Shown here: positions 26,581 to 28,893 of the stretch, in pieces
Layout: each line of letters opens with the position of its first letter
Numbering within the stretch: position 1 is the first letter of the stretch
IMG/VR virus record: IMGVR_UViG_3300037722_000203
Span: 1-28,893 of that record
Direction: 5' to 3' (one strand)
From: a virus
Lineage: Duplodnaviria; Caudoviricetes
DNA: 28,893 nt
Notes under the pieces: generated by a model
What the model saw: only the letters and a program-made list of their open reading frames with translations
Told to the model about the DNA's origin: nothing
Databases searched by the model: none
Translations under genes and position numbers: made by a program

Positions 26581-26720
26581 GCTTTTCTTCCTAAATTGAA
26601 GCCCGCGAAGACTCCAAGTTTTACCAATAGAAACAATACTTAGCGCGCTTCTGGAGTCCTTGATACCCCATTATACTCGTCAGACTCAAGCTCGGCGCGG
26701 CTTGCGGCGCGTATCAACTC

Positions 26721-26816
26721 TCAAGCGGCGCGGCGCACGGCCACTGACTCGAACGCCCGCGGGCTGGCCCGCTTCACGGCGTCGATCAACTTCATGGCTT
26801 CGCTCAGTACGGGCAT
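26721..26816 (-). CDS. Possible 31-aa peptide (MPVLSEAMKLIDAVKRASPRAFESVAVRRAA)
   Basis: ATG lies 2 nt after the DUF4326-like stop; amphipathic helix. Confidence 0.3.
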   Translation of the reverse strand: MPVLSEAMKLIDAVKRASPRAFESVAVRRAA

Positions 26817-26818
26817 GG

Positions 26819-27178
26819 CTATCTGTTCGCGATCTCTAGCAGCACGTCCGCGTGGCAGGGAATTCGATTGCCCTGCGCGTCGGTTAGCGGGCACCAACAC
26901 GCGAGGTTGCGCCCGCGCAGCGCACGAAACGCGAAAGGATCGACTCGATACCGTTGCTCCATGAAGTGCCGGAAAGCAGCGACGGCTGTAGCGGCGTCCT
27001 TCACCGGCCAACCGGTCCATAGATCAACGTTCTTTTCCCAGTCGGCGTAGTGCTCAAGCTTGTCGGGCTCGCTCGATACGATGAACTGATTGCCCCAGCG
27101 CGATGGGCGACCGACGTACACCGTTTTAGGTGGCATCGTCCATCCCTTCGTGCGCTTGCGTTGAATTCGTTTTGGCAT
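26819..27178 (-). CDS. DUF4326-like protein
   Basis: MPKRIQRKRTKGW.MP...VYVGRPSRWGN.F and LRGRNLACWC...CHADVLLEIAN. Confidence 0.8.
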   Translation of the reverse strand: MPKRIQRKRTKGWTMPPKTVYVGRPSRWGNQFIVSSEPDKLEHYADWEKNVDLWTGWPVKDAATAVAAFRHFMEQRYRVDPFAFRALRGRNLACWCPLTDAQGNRIPCHADVLLEIANR

Positions 27179-27191
27179 AGTTTTGAAGGCC

Positions 27192-28115
27192 CTATGGCTC
27201 GAACTGTGCGAGCTGATCGAACGGGACACGGAAGCCGGACGCGTGCTTGTGTCCACCGCCGCCGTACTGCTTCGCGATTTCGCCAACGTCCGCTCCGTTG
27301 TCGCGGCTCCGCAGGCTGAATACGCGGCCGTCTGGCGTGTCCCAATAGCAGCCGGCGAACGGATGCGCATCGCCGCAGAGCAGGTGCCCGGCATCGCTCG
27401 TCAGCGTATAGGGCAGGTTCGCCATCGGGACAACGATCGACCCGGAGTAGTCGGCCTGATACCGGAAGCGCATCGGCCGCGTGACGACTTTCGTCAACTC
27501 GGTGATGTCCTTATGGTGCTTGCGCTCGATCGCAGCTCCCTCGCATATCAAGCGGTCCGCATCGGCCTCGACGCTGGCGACAAGCGCGCTCCACGTCGTG
27601 AAGTCGTATGGGTAGCTGAACAGTGCGGCTTGAATTTCGCGCGTGCCGTCGAGCTTGAAGCGCCATAAGTCGCGGTCCTCGACATGGTTCACGAGCTTCG
27701 GCCGCGGTATGCCGGGGTTGAAATAATCCCACGTCAGCCCGGCCCCGCTGCGCTCCATGTCGAACAGCGCGTGCAATGCAGCGGGCGCGCCGCACTCCTC
27801 CTGCCAAGACGACATACCGTCCGGGTCATACGGTCCGGTCGGCGGCGGCGGTAAGCTCTTCAGATCCTCGGCGGCCGTCTTGTGGTGGTCGAGGATCAGG
27901 AGCGTGCGCGCCTTCGCCGCAAGCTCGTGAATGACCGGCGCCTTGTAGCTGAAGTCGGTCATGATCACGTCGCGCCCCGTAACGTCCGGTGGCGGGTCCT
28001 GGTAGACGCCAGCATGGAACTCGACACCATCGCCGAGTGCCTTGCGCACGATCCACGCCGACATGAAGCCGTCCGCGCAGTTTGAATGGTAAATACAAAG
28101 CACTTTGCTGCTCAT
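27192..28115 (-). CDS. DHH/DHHA1 family phosphoesterase (NrnB-like)
   Basis: IYHSNCADG, TDFS, LDHHKT, RSGAGLTW, EDRDLW, FSLRS, GGGGHKHASGF. GGAG RBS before ATG 28115, which overlaps the LAGLIDADG stop. Confidence 0.85.
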   Translation of the reverse strand: MSSKVLCIYHSNCADGFMSAWIVRKALGDGVEFHAGVYQDPPPDVTGRDVIMTDFSYKAPVIHELAAKARTLLILDHHKTAAEDLKSLPPPPTGPYDPDGMSSWQEECGAPAALHALFDMERSGAGLTWDYFNPGIPRPKLVNHVEDRDLWRFKLDGTREIQAALFSYPYDFTTWSALVASVEADADRLICEGAAIERKHHKDITELTKVVTRPMRFRYQADYSGSIVVPMANLPYTLTSDAGHLLCGDAHPFAGCYWDTPDGRVFSLRSRDNGADVGEIAKQYGGGGHKHASGFRVPFDQLAQFEP

Positions 28116-28591
28116 GCCGCGACTCCGCGTTGATTCAACTTTTGTGACTTGGCGCGGCATGTTTCCCGGAAAAGCCACTCAGCGTCAGTTAGTCCTTTTG
28201 ATCCAGGCCGCCGCATTCCGGCCTGAAACTCAATCAGGTTTTCGGCTTGCGACCGCTTGATCCGAAGATAGGGCAGCAATTCAGTCAGCAGCTTGGATGC
28301 CTCGTTGCTCCACACTGCCCAGGTCCAAGCCGGGCGGTGTATCGCTACGTTGACCCGCTTCTCGCAAATGCCGCCGACGCCTGTAACGCTCTGCGCCCAC
28401 TGAAGCACATCAAAGTCAGTCATGGAGATCGAGACGCTGGCGCGATACGCGAATCCGCGCTTACACGATTTCGCTGCCGCGCCTGTTCGTGTGCGACTGA
28501 CCGCTACGCTACCCTCGCCATCAACTAACCCAGCGAGGTATGCCGCGTCCGCAACTGACAAGTTACCGTGATAGATGCAAAGAGGTTTCAA
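28112..28591 (-). CDS. Single-motif LAGLIDADG homing endonuclease, fused to the old DHH gene start
   Basis: AYLAGLVDGEGSV, SVSISMTD..VL, LLPYLRIKRSQA. GGAG at 28599-28602 points to TTG 28591 (MKPLCIYHGN...); ATG 28603 is an alternative. Confidence 0.85.
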   Translation of the reverse strand: MKPLCIYHGNLSVADAAYLAGLVDGEGSVAVSRTRTGAAAKSCKRGFAYRASVSISMTDFDVLQWAQSVTGVGGICEKRVNVAIHRPAWTWAVWSNEASKLLTELLPYLRIKRSQAENLIEFQAGMRRPGSKGLTDAEWLFRETCRAKSQKLNQRGVAA

Positions 28592-28597
28592 TTTAAT

Positions 28598-28853
28598 CTC
28601 CATTCGTTGAAGGAATCGGTCCGCTACTCGTGAAACTCTTTCAGCTCTTCGTGGACGCGCATCATCTCCACCACATCGCCGCTGATCGCGGCCTTGTCGG
28701 CTCGCTGTAGGGCGTCCTCCATCATCGCGATAGCGAATGCTCCAGTCGGCCCGATCTGGCGGTATATGCCGATCAGGCGGCGCACGCGGGCTTGTTGCTC
28801 TGGGAGGGACTCACCTAACGTCTTGATCACTTCGTTGCTCCATTCGGTTGAAG
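28598..28853 (-). repeat. Repeated leader CTTCAAC(C)GAATGGAG upstream of two consecutive genes
   Basis: Copies at 28838-28853 and 28598-28612, each ending in the GGAG RBS. Confidence 0.6.
28624..28830 (-). CDS. Small hypothetical phage protein
   Basis: GGAG RBS before GTG; 68 aa, helical (LGESLPEQQARVRRLI..Y..IG..GAFA). Confidence 0.65.
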   Translation of the reverse strand: MIKTLGESLPEQQARVRRLIGIYRQIGPTGAFAIAMMEDALQRADKAAISGDVVEMMRVHEELKEFHE

Positions 28854-28893
28854 ACTCTATCGCTTACCCAGAGACCGAAGCTCTTCAGCATTC

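Noticed and set aside
26670-26700. Sigma70 promoter on the - strand (TTGAGT...TATAAT)
   Set aside because: The spacing is only 8 nt and there is no -35 at 17 nt, so it is not called as a feature.
28112-28591. Group I intron or intein in the DHH gene
   Set aside because: The endonuclease stop overlaps a fresh RBS and ATG, leaving no room for a ribozyme core. There are no intein C/S...HN termini, and the reading frame terminates.
1-28893. CRISPR array, tRNA/rRNA, integrase or IS element
   Set aside because: No regularly spaced repeats, cloverleaf or recombinase/transposase motifs were recognised by eye.

Overview
GC-rich tailed-phage (podovirus-type) genome segment. The + strand (1-25341) is a morphogenesis operon: portal (5'-truncated by the window edge), scaffold, major capsid, two paralogous decoration-like proteins, head-tail adaptor, an embedded lysis cluster, a nozzle apparently split over two genes, a cupin, four ejection/internal proteins (the last about 1870 aa) and a tail fibre with a C-terminal S74-type chaperone. 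The - strand (25376-end) carries converging small accessory genes, a DUF4326-like gene and a DHH/DHHA1 phosphoesterase. Two things stand out. (1) A four-enzyme glycan-modification cassette (GT9-like, sulfotransferase, GT8-like, Maf/CstII-like transferase) sits between scaffold and capsid genes, suggesting virion glycosylation plus sulfation. (2) There are five free-standing homing endonucleases (4 HNH, 1 LAGLIDADG). Two of them, from unrelated families, appear inserted into the first codons of a gene: the old gene start remains upstream and a synonymously recoded replacement start, with its own RBS, overlaps the endonuclease stop codon. Also noted: a probable ACG start codon and structured leader for the capsid gene, an RBS-sequestering hairpin on one HNH gene, and a possible dual-start holin. 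All product calls come from motif recognition and synteny by eye; no database searches were run.
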